DNA from: Pseudomonadota bacterium
Lineage (GTDB): Bacteria; Pseudomonadota; Gammaproteobacteria; Steroidobacterales; JBCBZW01
Direction: 5' to 3'
DNA length: 64,000 nucleotides
Assembly (NCBI GenBank): GCA_039193195.1
Contig: JBCCWS010000021.1
Span: forward strand, 3,247-67,246
The notes under the pieces are model-generated. The model was not told the origin of the DNA. It ran no database searches and was given only the letters and a program-made list of their open reading frames with translations. Shown here one piece after another: positions 8,939 to 19,509 of this stretch (position 1 is its first letter; each line of letters starts with the position of its first letter). The position numbers and the translations under genes are program-made.

Positions 8939-9916
8939 TCAGTGCGTGAAGTCTGGAAGTAGGGCCTCGGCCAAGCGCTCGAGCGTGAGTCGCGGATCGA
9001 GTCTGTTGAAGCGCAAATTGAGTGCCACGTGGTTCACCCCGATCGCCTGGCGGGCCTCGAGGTAGCTTCGCAGCGCATCGATACCGAGGCGAAACCCTAG
9101 GTGAAGGGGTTGGGGCGGGGCGTCGGGGCGCTCCGCCAGGTCGATGTACAGGGGTTCCATCACGGGCCGCTCAGGTGCGCCACCCGTGGCGGCGCGAGCG
9201 CGAAGTTCTCGGATAAAGCGCGCTTGCTGAGCTACGGGACGGGGATAGGTGATCCACCCATCGCCGTGCGCGGCAAGCCAAGCAGGATCCTGCTGGCTTG
9301 CGCCAGTGATCAGTAGCGGTAGCTTGCCAGCTACCGGCTTGGGCAGCAGATCCATATCACCGGTAACGTCGCCGAAGGCATTGCGTACCTGCGGCCTCGA
9401 TTCGGCCACTTGTCGAATGTAGGCGTAGCTGTCGCGGAAACGCCTACCCCGCTGATCGAAGGGGACGTCGAGTGCTGGGTACTCCTCGGGTCGGTCGCCG
9501 GAGGCAATACCGAGCAGTAGCCTGCCGTTGGATAGCACATCAGCGCTAGCGGCTGCCTTCGCCACATGGGCGGGGTGACGCAGGGGCAGGATAATGCTGG
9601 CTACACCGAGGGCGATGGCCTGCGTCTGCATCGCGAGGGCCCCCAAGTAGACAAACGGGTCGAATAGCTGGCCTGCGTCCCCGAAAGACGGCACGTCGAA
9701 GGGCACGTCACGCAGCCACACGGCCGAGAACCCGAGCGCTTCGGCCAGCTGTACGCGCTCCAGGTGCTGCGCTAGGGAAGGCACCGACGTGCTCGCGTAG
9801 GCCTCGATGGGCACGACCAACCCGATCGACAGTCGGCCGGGGCTAAAGACCATTCGGTAGCCAGCGTTGAGCTTGGGAAACCGTGCTGGCGGCACGGCCG
9901 TTTCGGGCATCGTCAT
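8939..9916 (-). CDS. LLM-class (luciferase-like) flavin-dependent oxidoreductase
   Basis: Luciferase-like monooxygenase pattern (LAEALGFSAVWLRD, GRLLLGIASGDRPEEY). Start set at M43; the longer ORF extension is Arg/Ala-rich and reaches into the LysR intergenic region. Confidence 0.8.
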   Translation of the reverse strand: MTMPETAVPPARFPKLNAGYRMVFSPGRLSIGLVVPIEAYASTSVPSLAQHLERVQLAEALGFSAVWLRDVPFDVPSFGDAGQLFDPFVYLGALAMQTQAIALGVASIILPLRHPAHVAKAAASADVLSNGRLLLGIASGDRPEEYPALDVPFDQRGRRFRDSYAYIRQVAESRPQVRNAFGDVTGDMDLLPKPVAGKLPLLITGASQQDPAWLAAHGDGWITYPRPVAQQARFIRELRARAATGGAPERPVMEPLYIDLAERPDAPPQPLHLGFRLGIDALRSYLEARQAIGVNHVALNLRFNRLDPRLTLERLAEALLPDFTH

Positions 9917-10077
9917 GAGCTTGGGTCCTGCGCTGGACGCGTGGCGACTGAAGTAAGCGAAGCGCCTGCACAACTGCACGAACGCCTGCGTACCCGCTCG
10001 AGCGGGTAGGTTCAGCAAGACTAATACCCCCCAATTCGGCAATAAACGACCGCCGGAAGAGAATAGAATTCGATTTT

Positions 10078-10090
10078 TCGATACAATCGA
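10078..10090. promoter_or_regulatory. LysR-type T-N11-A box (TCGATacaATCGA)
   Basis: Perfect 5-bp inverted arms in a 13-bp T-N11-A unit within the divergent intergenic region between the LLM gene and the LysR gene. An extra TTCGAT direct repeat lies just upstream. Confidence 0.45.
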
Positions 10091-10136
10091 GCTTGGTCAC
10101 GATCCGATCGTGGCGCGCGGCGATAGGAGGGATGGG

Positions 10137-11045
10137 ATGGATACGGACGGCATACGGCTCTTCGTCATGGCCGCTGACATGCTCAACATCAGCGCCGCGG
10201 GACGACAGCTAGGCCTAGCCCCCGCCGTGGCCAGCGGGCGGCTGGCCAAGCTCGAGAAGCAGCTAGGCGCCGACCTGCTGCACCGCTCCACCCGCAAGAT
10301 CTCCCTCTCCCTAGAGGGCGCCGAGTTCCTGCCCTTCGCGCGGGAGATACTCGCCCAGGAAGATGCGGCGAGGGCGGCCTTGGGACTCGGCAGCAGCGAG
10401 GTGACCGGCAGCCTGCGCTTTGCTGCATCGAGCACCTTCGCCCAACTCTACGTGGCCCCTATCCTGCCGGAGTTCCTCGAGCGCTACCCCAGCGTGCGCC
10501 TCGAGCTGAAGCTCTCGGACACGCAGATGGATCTAATCGAGGGCGGCTTTGACCTCGCGCTGCGCATCTACCCAATCGAGCAGAGCAGCCTGCGGGCGCG
10601 CAAGCTCGCCAGCGACAAGCGCATTCTCTGCGCCTCGCCTGACTACCTTGCTCGCTACGGCACGCCCGACACGCCCGCCGACCTACAGAGTCATCGCCTA
10701 TTGGTATTCATGGACGGCGCGGCCCGACGACTCAGCGCGCCAGGCGACAGGCCTACCTGCACGTTTCCTCCGGAGGGTTCGGACGGGCGCGTGGTCTTCG
10801 ATGATGGGGCGAGCATGCGCATTGCCACCGAGGCAGGCGTTGGGATCTCCATGAACTCCCTCTGGAGCACTAGCGCGCAGCTCAACCGCGGCGCGCTCGT
10901 GCGCGTGTTGCCGGAGTATGAGGTGGATGACGACTCGGCCATCTGGCTCGTCTACCCCAAGTCCAACGTGCTCACGGCCAAAGTGCGCGTCTTCATCGAC
11001 TTTCTGATCGAGAAGATCGGCAAGCCGCCGGTTTGGGAATGCTAA
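10137..11045 (+). CDS. LysR family transcriptional regulator
   Basis: HTH region IRLFVMAADMLNISAAGRQLGLAPAVASGRLAKLEKQLG plus a LysR substrate-binding domain. ATG at 10137 is preceded by AGGAGG. Confidence 0.85.
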   Translation: MDTDGIRLFVMAADMLNISAAGRQLGLAPAVASGRLAKLEKQLGADLLHRSTRKISLSLEGAEFLPFAREILAQEDAARAALGLGSSEVTGSLRFAASSTFAQLYVAPILPEFLERYPSVRLELKLSDTQMDLIEGGFDLALRIYPIEQSSLRARKLASDKRILCASPDYLARYGTPDTPADLQSHRLLVFMDGAARRLSAPGDRPTCTFPPEGSDGRVVFDDGASMRIATEAGVGISMNSLWSTSAQLNRGALVRVLPEYEVDDDSAIWLVYPKSNVLTAKVRVFIDFLIEKIGKPPVWEC

Positions 11046-11172
11046 GGCCCACGCTCACGCCTGCGAACCCCTCACTTTCCGAATACAGATTTCCCTGCCA
11101 CCGGATGTTCGCTCGCACAGCCACTCCCTAAGCTAGCTGCCCATCGAACATCACCCTTGGCAGGAGAATGCT

Positions 11173-11475
11173 ATGACCTACTACTCCGTCCTCGCCGTCA
11201 CGCCCACCCGCGATGACTGGATCCCCGCTTACCTAGAACAGGCCAACGCGCTCGTCGCCCAGCACGGCGGCAAGTACCTAGCGCGCACCTCAGACCACGA
11301 GCGACTGGAGGGAGAAGGCGAAGAGGTAGCCCTTCGCATCATCATCGAGTGGCCGTCGAAGGAGGCGGCGATGGCCTTCGTCAAAGATCCTGCCTACGCG
11401 CCACACCTCGAGGCACGAACTAATGGATCGAATAGCCATCACTTTCTGATCGAGGGCAAGGACGATCTCGCCTAG
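11173..11475 (+). CDS. DUF1330 domain protein
   Basis: 100 aa. YLEQANALVAQHGGKYLAR...IIIEWPSKEAAMAFVKDPAY is typical of DUF1330. Confidence 0.8.
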   Translation: MTYYSVLAVTPTRDDWIPAYLEQANALVAQHGGKYLARTSDHERLEGEGEEVALRIIIEWPSKEAAMAFVKDPAYAPHLEARTNGSNSHHFLIEGKDDLA

Positions 11476-11560
11476 GGCGGAGTTCTGTTCATCCGCTAGG
11501 CAGGATCGATCTGCCCGAGCCCTTCAACACCTCCCCAACAATCGCACCGTGCGCCCGGAG

Positions 11561-11591
11561 GATCACCAGGGCCTTGCTGGCGCTGGTGATC
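11561..11591. terminator. Hairpin between convergent genes (9-bp perfect stem GATCACCAG/CTGGTGATC)
   Basis: Inverted repeat read directly, extendable to 11 of 13 bp, with a 13-nt loop. No clear U-tract, so terminator function is uncertain. Confidence 0.35.
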
Positions 11592-11662
11592 CACCGCTGC
11601 CCGTAAACCCGCTTCAGCGATACCACTGGACAACTGGCGCTGTGGAGGTGGGGCCGTAGTGA

Positions 11663-12226
11663 CTAGGGCACCGTGGCAGGGCGCCCTTGCCATCGCTGTA
11701 AGCGGCGCGCCTTGATCCACTCCATCAAGGTAGCGTAAGCCAGCCAGAGGGCAGCGGCAGGAAGGTCACGCAGGGAACGAGCCTGCGTGGCGACGGGCAC
11801 CCGCCTGTAGCGCGAGCCGTCGAACAGGGCCTCATGGCGCTTGCTCTGGAAGTCGCTCGAGATGACGTACCACTGGGTTGGGCCGGATACTCTTTGTCGC
11901 ACTAACGCTTCACTGTATCGTCGGTTTTGCGCCGTGTTGCGTGCGCGTTCCTCCAGCCATGCGCGGTGCGGGTCTAAGCCGAGCGAGAGCGCGTAGGCGA
12001 ACATGGCCCGAGCCTCACTCACCTCCCGCCCCCTACCCACGCTCAGCGGATTGGGGCCGCCGGAGAAGACCACCATCGCCGCAGGGTGGGCTTTTAGGAG
12101 GGCGAGCGCCCCCTCGACGCGGCGGCGAGAGACCAAGTCGCAGGTGCCGTTGGCGCCTACGTACCACCCGGGCACCAGAATGATGGTCGACGTGATTGGC
12201 GCCATTGGCCCTATCGATGCCTCCAT
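11663..12226 (-). CDS. YdcF/DUF218 (ElyC/SanA-like) family protein
   Basis: IILVPGWYV...MVVFSGGPNP...SEARAMFAYAL..G.......LEERARNTAQN pattern of DUF218. Confidence 0.7.
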   Translation of the reverse strand: MEASIGPMAPITSTIILVPGWYVGANGTCDLVSRRRVEGALALLKAHPAAMVVFSGGPNPLSVGRGREVSEARAMFAYALSLGLDPHRAWLEERARNTAQNRRYSEALVRQRVSGPTQWYVISSDFQSKRHEALFDGSRYRRVPVATQARSLRDLPAAALWLAYATLMEWIKARRLQRWQGRPATVP

Positions 12227-12229
12227 CGG

Positions 12230-12976
12230 CTAGCCCTTTCGTCGACGGGCCCGAGCGGCCAGCAAGCCAACGCCACCCGACAGCAACCACACGGCCCCAG
12301 GCAGCGGGATCACCTCGGCGGCGTAGCTATCGATGGTGAGAGCGATCTCCCCCGTCCCCGCGGCGCCAAACCCGATGCCCACCCCCGTCAGGCCCGCGCC
12401 AAGCGTGGCGCCGCTCAAGTCCTCGATGGTCTCCATGGCGATCATCATCCCGAACGAATCGAGTAGCGTCGCCGTGAGGAGATCATCGATGACGGTCAGC
12501 GTGAGGTTCAGGGGCCCCTCGCCAGGCAGCGCGACCGTGCTCTCGAGCAGGCGCTCGCTGACGCCCCCGGCAGAACGGCTGATGAACAGCGTGCCCGTGC
12601 CCAAGTCCACCCCAGCCGTGTAGGCGCTCTGCGAATCGAAGTCGGCGCGGGCGAAGACTAGCGCCTCATCGTCCGAGTCGCCGGCAGCATCGATGTCGGC
12701 CGACACGGAGACGTTGCGACCGGAAAAGACGTTCACCAGGAACGACTGCGAAACGGCGTCCGCCCCAAAGCCATCCGACCCCGCACCGAGGAACAAGAGT
12801 CCGTTCATGATCGTGGGGTCGCCAATGGCGACGTCGCCCTGCGCGTCGAAGCTCACGGTGATCGCATCTCCCGGCCCTGGGAGGGTCGTTTCGAAATCGT
12901 ACTCGAGAGACGAGGCATGGCCTGCTGAGATCGTCAGCGCGAAAATGAGGGCACTACTCGCTAGCATCCGGGGCAT
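12230..12976 (-). CDS. VPLPA-CTERM sorting-domain protein
   Basis: Signal peptide, then C-terminal VIPLPGAVWLLSGGVGLLAARARRRKG (VPLPA motif, TM helix, basic tail). Confidence 0.7.
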   Translation of the reverse strand: MPRMLASSALIFALTISAGHASSLEYDFETTLPGPGDAITVSFDAQGDVAIGDPTIMNGLLFLGAGSDGFGADAVSQSFLVNVFSGRNVSVSADIDAAGDSDDEALVFARADFDSQSAYTAGVDLGTGTLFISRSAGGVSERLLESTVALPGEGPLNLTLTVIDDLLTATLLDSFGMMIAMETIEDLSGATLGAGLTGVGIGFGAAGTGEIALTIDSYAAEVIPLPGAVWLLSGGVGLLAARARRRKG

Positions 12977-13309
12977 GGTGGCTTCTCCAGTTCGTTGCCA
13001 GGGCGGGACGGGAGGAGCACGCGAGACGCAGCGCCAACGGCACAGGATCCTGCTCCCCTATCTCACTCATACGGAAACGAGCAGCGAATCCTGTCAGTTA
13101 CCTGCAACGGGCAGAAACGGGGGTTCCCCAAAAGGCGAGAGCCTGACGTAAGCCACTGATGCAGCAGCCCCAGCTCCCGCGAGTGCGCAGCCCGCATCAA
13201 GGGAGTGTGGCCGCCCTCAGCGAGCGCTTACCGGCGCAAGAGCAGGGCCGAAACGTATCGCTTGGCGCCGCGCGTCACAGTGACGCAGGGCGCAGCAAGG
13301 CGAGGTCCC

Positions 13310-14605
13310 TCAGCGCCACTTCTCCGCCAGCTTGTACCACTGCATCCCCAAGGCCAATGCCTGGTTGCCAAACCACTCAGGCAGGGGAATCCGCCAATGC
13401 CTCATGGTGGCGAAGTGATCGTACTCGGTCATGTCACCGGCGACGGCGTGCGCCAGAATCTCGCTCATGATGTGCGAGGTGGCGACGCCATGGCCGGAGT
13501 AGCCCTGCAGGTAGTAGACGTTGTTCGCCGTGCGACCGACTTGGGGGATGCGGTTCAGCACGATCCCCGCCAATCCGGTCCATTCGAACTCGATCTCAAT
13601 GCCCCGCAGCTGGGGGAACACATGCAAAAGCGCGGGCAGGAGTTCCCCCGCGACCGATTTCGAATCGCGCCCAGAGTAGTTCGTGCCCCCGCCGAACATC
13701 AGTCGCTTGTCTGCCGTCAGGCGGTAGTAGTCGAGGATGAAGCGGCAGTCGTACACGGCCAGATCCTTCGGATTTACCGACGCGACCTGCTCATCGCTCA
13801 GCACCTCCGTCGCCATGTTGCCGAGCGACGCGGGGAACAACATTCCCATTAGCTTACGTCGCTCGAGGCGATGGTAGGCATTGCCCGTCAGGACGACCGT
13901 ATCGGCGGAGATCACCCCGTGCTGCGTGACCACTTGCGGCTTCGGTCCGTGCTTGATTCGCACCACCGGTGAGTGCTCGAAGAACCGGGTGCCCAGGCTT
14001 TGTGCCGCCCGCGCCTCGCCGATGCAGAGATTCACCGAGTGCAGGTGCATGTTCTTCGTGTTGTGTAGGGCGCCGTGGTAGATCTCAGTCCCGAGGTACT
14101 CGGGCACTTCCTCGCGGCTGAGCATCGTCAGGTATTGCCCCATGCCCCGGGCGTGCCCCTGATTGTGCATCGCCTGCAGCTCGGGCATGTGCCCTGGCGT
14201 ATAGGCGGCGTGCAGGTGACCGTGCTTCAGGTCGCAATCGATGGCGTACTTTTCGACCCGAGCCTTGATGATGTCGTGCCCGCGCCAGCGCATCCGCCAA
14301 ACGTAGTCCTCCGCCGCTGAACCCAGGCGCTTTCGAAGAGCCCTGGTCATTGCCTCATCGCCCGACAAGCTGCCGGTGATCTGCCCGCCGTTGCGCCCGG
14401 TGGCCCCCCAGGCGATCTTGTTCGCCTCGACGACGGCGACCTCAAAGCCCCTCTCAGCGAGCTCCAGGGCCGTGTTCACGCCGCTGAAGCCCCCGCCGAT
14501 GATGGCGATATCTGCCCGGACATCACCGCGAAGCGAAGGGTAGTCAGTCTCTCGCAAGATCGTTGCGTTGTAGTAGGAGTTACATCGGGGCTGGGAGTCG
14601 GGCAC
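13310..14605 (-). CDS. FAD-dependent oxidoreductase (gamma-glutamylputrescine oxidase PuuB-like)
   Basis: DIAIIGGGFSGVNTALELAERG dinucleotide motif, GATGRNGGQ, and overall DAO-family length. GTG start. Confidence 0.8.
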   Translation of the reverse strand: MPDSQPRCNSYYNATILRETDYPSLRGDVRADIAIIGGGFSGVNTALELAERGFEVAVVEANKIAWGATGRNGGQITGSLSGDEAMTRALRKRLGSAAEDYVWRMRWRGHDIIKARVEKYAIDCDLKHGHLHAAYTPGHMPELQAMHNQGHARGMGQYLTMLSREEVPEYLGTEIYHGALHNTKNMHLHSVNLCIGEARAAQSLGTRFFEHSPVVRIKHGPKPQVVTQHGVISADTVVLTGNAYHRLERRKLMGMLFPASLGNMATEVLSDEQVASVNPKDLAVYDCRFILDYYRLTADKRLMFGGGTNYSGRDSKSVAGELLPALLHVFPQLRGIEIEFEWTGLAGIVLNRIPQVGRTANNVYYLQGYSGHGVATSHIMSEILAHAVAGDMTEYDHFATMRHWRIPLPEWFGNQALALGMQWYKLAEKWR

Positions 14606-14724
14606 GAAATCTCGCCGAGGCTGCAGTGGGTGACGGTCTCACTATACGTGGTGTACGACAGTGTGTAGGCCCCACCCCGGCATGACCATGGTGAAGGCTA
14701 CGCTCGCGGATGAAGCGGGTGAGT

Positions 14725-15309
14725 TCAGCGGAGGTCGCGGTCCGAGCCGAGCACCCATCGCAAGGTCTCGGCAAGCCGGCTAGCCAGTTCTTCCTGATCC
14801 GATTCGAGCGCTCTCGCGGTGACTGTGTACCCCTCCAACCATGGCATCAGCAGCGCAGTCGCCGCGCTCGCCGCCGCGGGGGACTTGGCGAAGGGTTCGA
14901 GGAATCCGGTGATCACCGCGCAGTACTCCCGGTAGTACACGTCGAGCAGCGCATGCACCTGCGCATTGCGAGAGGATAGTGCCCAGAACTCGCGGAACAC
15001 GCAGCAGGTCTGCTCGTCCTGAGCGTATTCGAAGCCGAGTGCTATCAAGCGGGCAACTCGCTCCTCGCAACTATCGGCCTGGCCACCCTCAATTCGGTCG
15101 CGGAGCGCTGCAGTGCATTGCGCGAAGTGCAAACCCACTAAGGCCGTTAGCACATCGTTCTTGGTGGGAAAGTAATGCTGGAGATGCCCCAACGAGATAC
15201 CCGCCGCCTCCGCCACCTTGCGCATCGTGAGACCGTGATCCCCTCGCTCGCGCAAGATGGACATCGCGCAGGCCAGGATCTCGGCCGCCTTGGGACGTTC
15301 GTTCCGCAT
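14725..15309 (-). CDS. TetR family transcriptional regulator
   Basis: TetR HTH (LTMRKVAEAAGISLGHLQHYFPTKNDVL). Start taken at M27. Confidence 0.85.
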   Translation of the reverse strand: MRNERPKAAEILACAMSILRERGDHGLTMRKVAEAAGISLGHLQHYFPTKNDVLTALVGLHFAQCTAALRDRIEGGQADSCEERVARLIALGFEYAQDEQTCCVFREFWALSSRNAQVHALLDVYYREYCAVITGFLEPFAKSPAAASAATALLMPWLEGYTVTARALESDQEELASRLAETLRWVLGSDRDLR

Positions 15310-15380
15310 GTGACTGACTACCCTTCCCAGCCACCGACCCACATCCGCACGAGGCCGCCGATTCTGGTCACAACCAAGCG

Positions 15381-16380
<1,000 letters not shown>

Positions 16381-16599
16381 GAAATCCAGGGCCGTTTGCC
16401 GACTCGCCGCCGCGCACTCCCGTGGCATGGCGTGGCGATGGGGCACCGGGCAACCGCGTAGCCGAGAATGCAATACAAATGAGAACGATTTTTGGTTACG
16501 CTGCAGCGATCGGGGTGGTGGAGTGACACCATGGCGCGCGCTGCGCTCGTTACGCGCTGGGTCCTGGTTGACGAGGCTCATAGGGCAGAACTCCTGGCT

Positions 16600-16782
16600 T
16601 CAGGCGGCCGTGAAGGCGCAAAAGATGGAAAAGGCCGAGATCGCGAGCACGCCCGCCATGATGGGGCTGGCGCGGACCATGCTCTGCTCGATCAGGATGT
16701 AGAAAAACGCGAGGGCCCAGTAAGCTGGGAACAACACCAGAGCGAAGACGACATTGTCCACGCCAGAGCCGCCCTTGGGCAT
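16600..16782 (-). CDS. Small (60 aa) two-helix membrane protein, hypothetical
   Basis: Hydrophobic sequence VVFALVLFPAYWALAFFYILIE...IMAGVLAISAFSIFCAFTAA with third codon positions mostly G/C. No family recognised. Confidence 0.4.
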   Translation of the reverse strand: MPKGGSGVDNVVFALVLFPAYWALAFFYILIEQSMVRASPIMAGVLAISAFSIFCAFTAA

Positions 16783-17042
16783 CCACAGGGTGTGCAGGCC
16801 ATGATCAGAATCGCGACGATCAGCGATAGGGGCCCCGCCAGTCGCCGGCTAGGGAGACTTGCTAGCGCCCGACGGCGTGCCGGTGATCGGCATCGACACC
16901 GTGTTGCTGGTGGCGGGCACAGCAACCCTTCTGGGCGCATTGGGAGTGAAGTTGCTGCCGAGTCCGCGGGCGAGCGACGAGCCAATGGAGCTCGCGGCCA
17001 CCAGCGCCGATTAGTCACTGGCAGGCGAGAAGCGCATCCCCT

Positions 17043-17339
17043 ATGAGCATGCTTTTGGCGTTAGTCATCGCTAGCACAGTGAGCATCGGCGCCATCGCTT
17101 TCCTGACGAGCACGGATAGGCGCCGGCGCAAAGTCCACCACAATGATCGTCGTCAGCGCGCACGTCTGCCCGGCATCGCCGCATGGGTGCTCACGTTCGC
17201 GCCCGCCGTCGTGCTGTGGCAACTGCAACAGTTCAGCGCATTGCTGAGCTGGATCGGTGTGCTCAGCGTAGCCGGCTGGCTGGTGGCAGCGAGCCCGCCT
17301 CGCCAGTCGCCTACCGAGCCGGCGCGTTCGACGCGGTGA
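17043..17339 (+). CDS. Hypothetical small membrane protein
   Basis: 98 aa with three hydrophobic segments, immediately upstream of the OMP gene. No family recognised. Confidence 0.45.
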   Translation: MSMLLALVIASTVSIGAIAFLTSTDRRRRKVHHNDRRQRARLPGIAAWVLTFAPAVVLWQLQQFSALLSWIGVLSVAGWLVAASPPRQSPTEPARSTR

Positions 17340-17366
17340 CTATCACCGCTTACCCGTTGAACTGAG

Positions 17367-19295
17367 TTGACCGCTCCGCGGCCACGGCGGCTTTGGCACG
17401 CCCTGCTCGCGACGTTCGTCCTGCTTGCGCTCGACGCGTCGGCGCAGCGGGCGGCGGAGAACGTCGTCCGTTCCGTAGACGATGCATTCGGCGCCAGCGT
17501 GGGCGAGGAGCAGATCGGCTTGTACAGCCCGGGCAGCGTGCGGGGCTTCAGCCCGACCAGCGCCGGAAATGTGCGCATCGAGGGTCTGTTCATCGATCGC
17601 CAGACGGGCTTCAGCGGGCGCCTCGTCTCCGGCTCCACGATCCGCGCAGGTTTGACGGCGCAAGGCTATCTACTGCCCGCGCCGACGGGCATAGCCGACT
17701 TTTCGTTGCGACGCGTCGCCGAGAGCCCTACGCAAAGCGCCATCCTGCGACTCAACGAGTACGGGGGCTACGGCTTCGCCATCGACCTCCAGGGGCGCTT
17801 CGCCGATGGCGTCGTGGAAACCACCGGCGGCGTCGGCTTCGATCGCTTCGAATTCGGCGACGGCTCAACAGACAAGTTCGCTACCGTCGGGGGCACCGTG
17901 CGCTTGCAACCGCGCCCGCGTGTCGACGTCACGCTGCTCGCCGACTACACGGCCCTGCTCCAAGAGCAAATATCCCCCCGCTACTTCCCGGCAACCGCCG
18001 ACACGCCGCCTCGCGTGCCCCGTCGGGAGTTCGTCGGACAGTCCTGGGTGGGCTTCGAAGGCGATCGCTACAACGTCGGTCTGATCGCCAAGCTCGAGCC
18101 CCGCCTCGTCGACATCGAGCTAGGGCTATTTCGCTCCGGCTTCGATGATGACGGCCAGGCAGGCCAGTTCTTCACCCAGGTACAACCCGACGCGACAGGG
18201 CAACGATTGGCATTCCTCGGCCCCGCCCGCGACGCGGTGTCCGATTCCTTGGAGGCGCGCTTCTCCAAGCGCCTGCAGGGCGAGCGACGCTTGCACACCT
18301 TCGCCCTCAGCGTACGCGCAAGGCAGCGCGAGCGACGCTTCGGCGGCGGTGTCGAAATCGATCTCGGTGAGGGACGCATCGATGTCGCTAATCCCCTGCC
18401 CGAACCCGACGTGACCTTCTCCGAGGTCAGCCGGGAAGAGGTCGATCAGATCACCGGCGGATTGAGCTACGACCTGCGCTGGCAAGGAGTCGGTCAGCTC
18501 AACCTAGGCGTTCAGTTCACCGACTACAAACGGGTGCTGAACGACCCTCTCGACAGCCCCGTCACCTCCAACGCCAGCCCAGTGCTCTACAACGCCACCG
18601 GCGCCCTCGAACTACGCCCCTGGCTGGTCGCTTACGGCGGCGTCGTGACGGGCTTTGAGGAAAGCCCCACGGCACCGGCGATTTCCCTCAATCGAAATGA
18701 GGCGCCGCCAGCGATAGAGACCCGCCAAGCCGATGCGGGCCTGCGCGCAAGGGTGGGGTCCCTCACGGCCGTGGCCGGCGTCTTCTCGATCGAGAAGCCC
18801 TTCTTCGGCCTCAACGGCGAACGACTGTTCATCGAGCGTGGCACCGTGACCAATCGGGGCGTGGAGCTGTCACTCGCCGGGTTGGTCACGCCCGAACTGC
18901 AGATGGTCGTTGGTACCCTGCTGCTCGATGCCACGCTCACGGGCGACGCCGTGGACGAAGGGGAACTGTCCTCGAACCCCATCGGCGTGGTGCGCCGAGT
19001 AACGACCGTAGACCTCGACTATCGGCCGCGTTGGGCATCTGGATGGTCCTTCGACGTGAGCGTCTTCAGCCGTGGGCTCGAGAATGGCGATGAGCTCGAT
19101 CAGCTGCGCATCCCGGAACGCACTCTGGTAAATCTCGGATTCCGCCGTCAGTTCACCCTTCGCGAGCGCACGCTGGTGCTGCGCGGCAGGTTGAGCAACC
19201 TGTTCGATACCTTCGGTTGGAGCGTCAGCGGTAACGGTGCGTTCACCTTCGAGGGACCGCGCGCCTTCACACTGTCTCTCAGAGCGGATTTTTGA
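17367..19295 (+). CDS. TonB-dependent receptor-like outer membrane beta-barrel
   Basis: TTG start, signal peptide (LLATFVLLALDASAQ), plug-like N-terminus (VRGFSP.SAGNVRIEGLFIDRQ), and a C-terminal FTLSLRADF ending in Phe. Confidence 0.65.
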   Translation: MTAPRPRRLWHALLATFVLLALDASAQRAAENVVRSVDDAFGASVGEEQIGLYSPGSVRGFSPTSAGNVRIEGLFIDRQTGFSGRLVSGSTIRAGLTAQGYLLPAPTGIADFSLRRVAESPTQSAILRLNEYGGYGFAIDLQGRFADGVVETTGGVGFDRFEFGDGSTDKFATVGGTVRLQPRPRVDVTLLADYTALLQEQISPRYFPATADTPPRVPRREFVGQSWVGFEGDRYNVGLIAKLEPRLVDIELGLFRSGFDDDGQAGQFFTQVQPDATGQRLAFLGPARDAVSDSLEARFSKRLQGERRLHTFALSVRARQRERRFGGGVEIDLGEGRIDVANPLPEPDVTFSEVSREEVDQITGGLSYDLRWQGVGQLNLGVQFTDYKRVLNDPLDSPVTSNASPVLYNATGALELRPWLVAYGGVVTGFEESPTAPAISLNRNEAPPAIETRQADAGLRARVGSLTAVAGVFSIEKPFFGLNGERLFIERGTVTNRGVELSLAGLVTPELQMVVGTLLLDATLTGDAVDEGELSSNPIGVVRRVTTVDLDYRPRWASGWSFDVSVFSRGLENGDELDQLRIPERTLVNLGFRRQFTLRERTLVLRGRLSNLFDTFGWSVSGNGAFTFEGPRAFTLSLRADF

Positions 19296-19403
19296 GTCTC
19301 CACATGTCGTGGACGTGAGTCTGCGCCCCAACGACCGCCTTGATGATCGCCCAGTGCAAGCCCAGCCGCGGCGTCGCCGCCACTAATTCCCAGCAGCGAT
19401 GAG

Positions 19404-19424
19404 TATCTTGATGTAAAGTAACTT
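19404..19424. promoter_or_regulatory. Candidate MarR operator, site A: TATCTTGATgtaAAGTaACTT
   Basis: An AT-rich 21-mer upstream of marR that matches site B at 18 of 21 positions with identical spacing. Confidence 0.4.
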
Positions 19425-19509
19425 ACTCAGGGAATCGCCGCGACCGGCGCCCACCAGCTCGCAACCACGCCGTCTGCTCCTACCACGAGCACGCCACCGC
19501 GTAGCGCGC

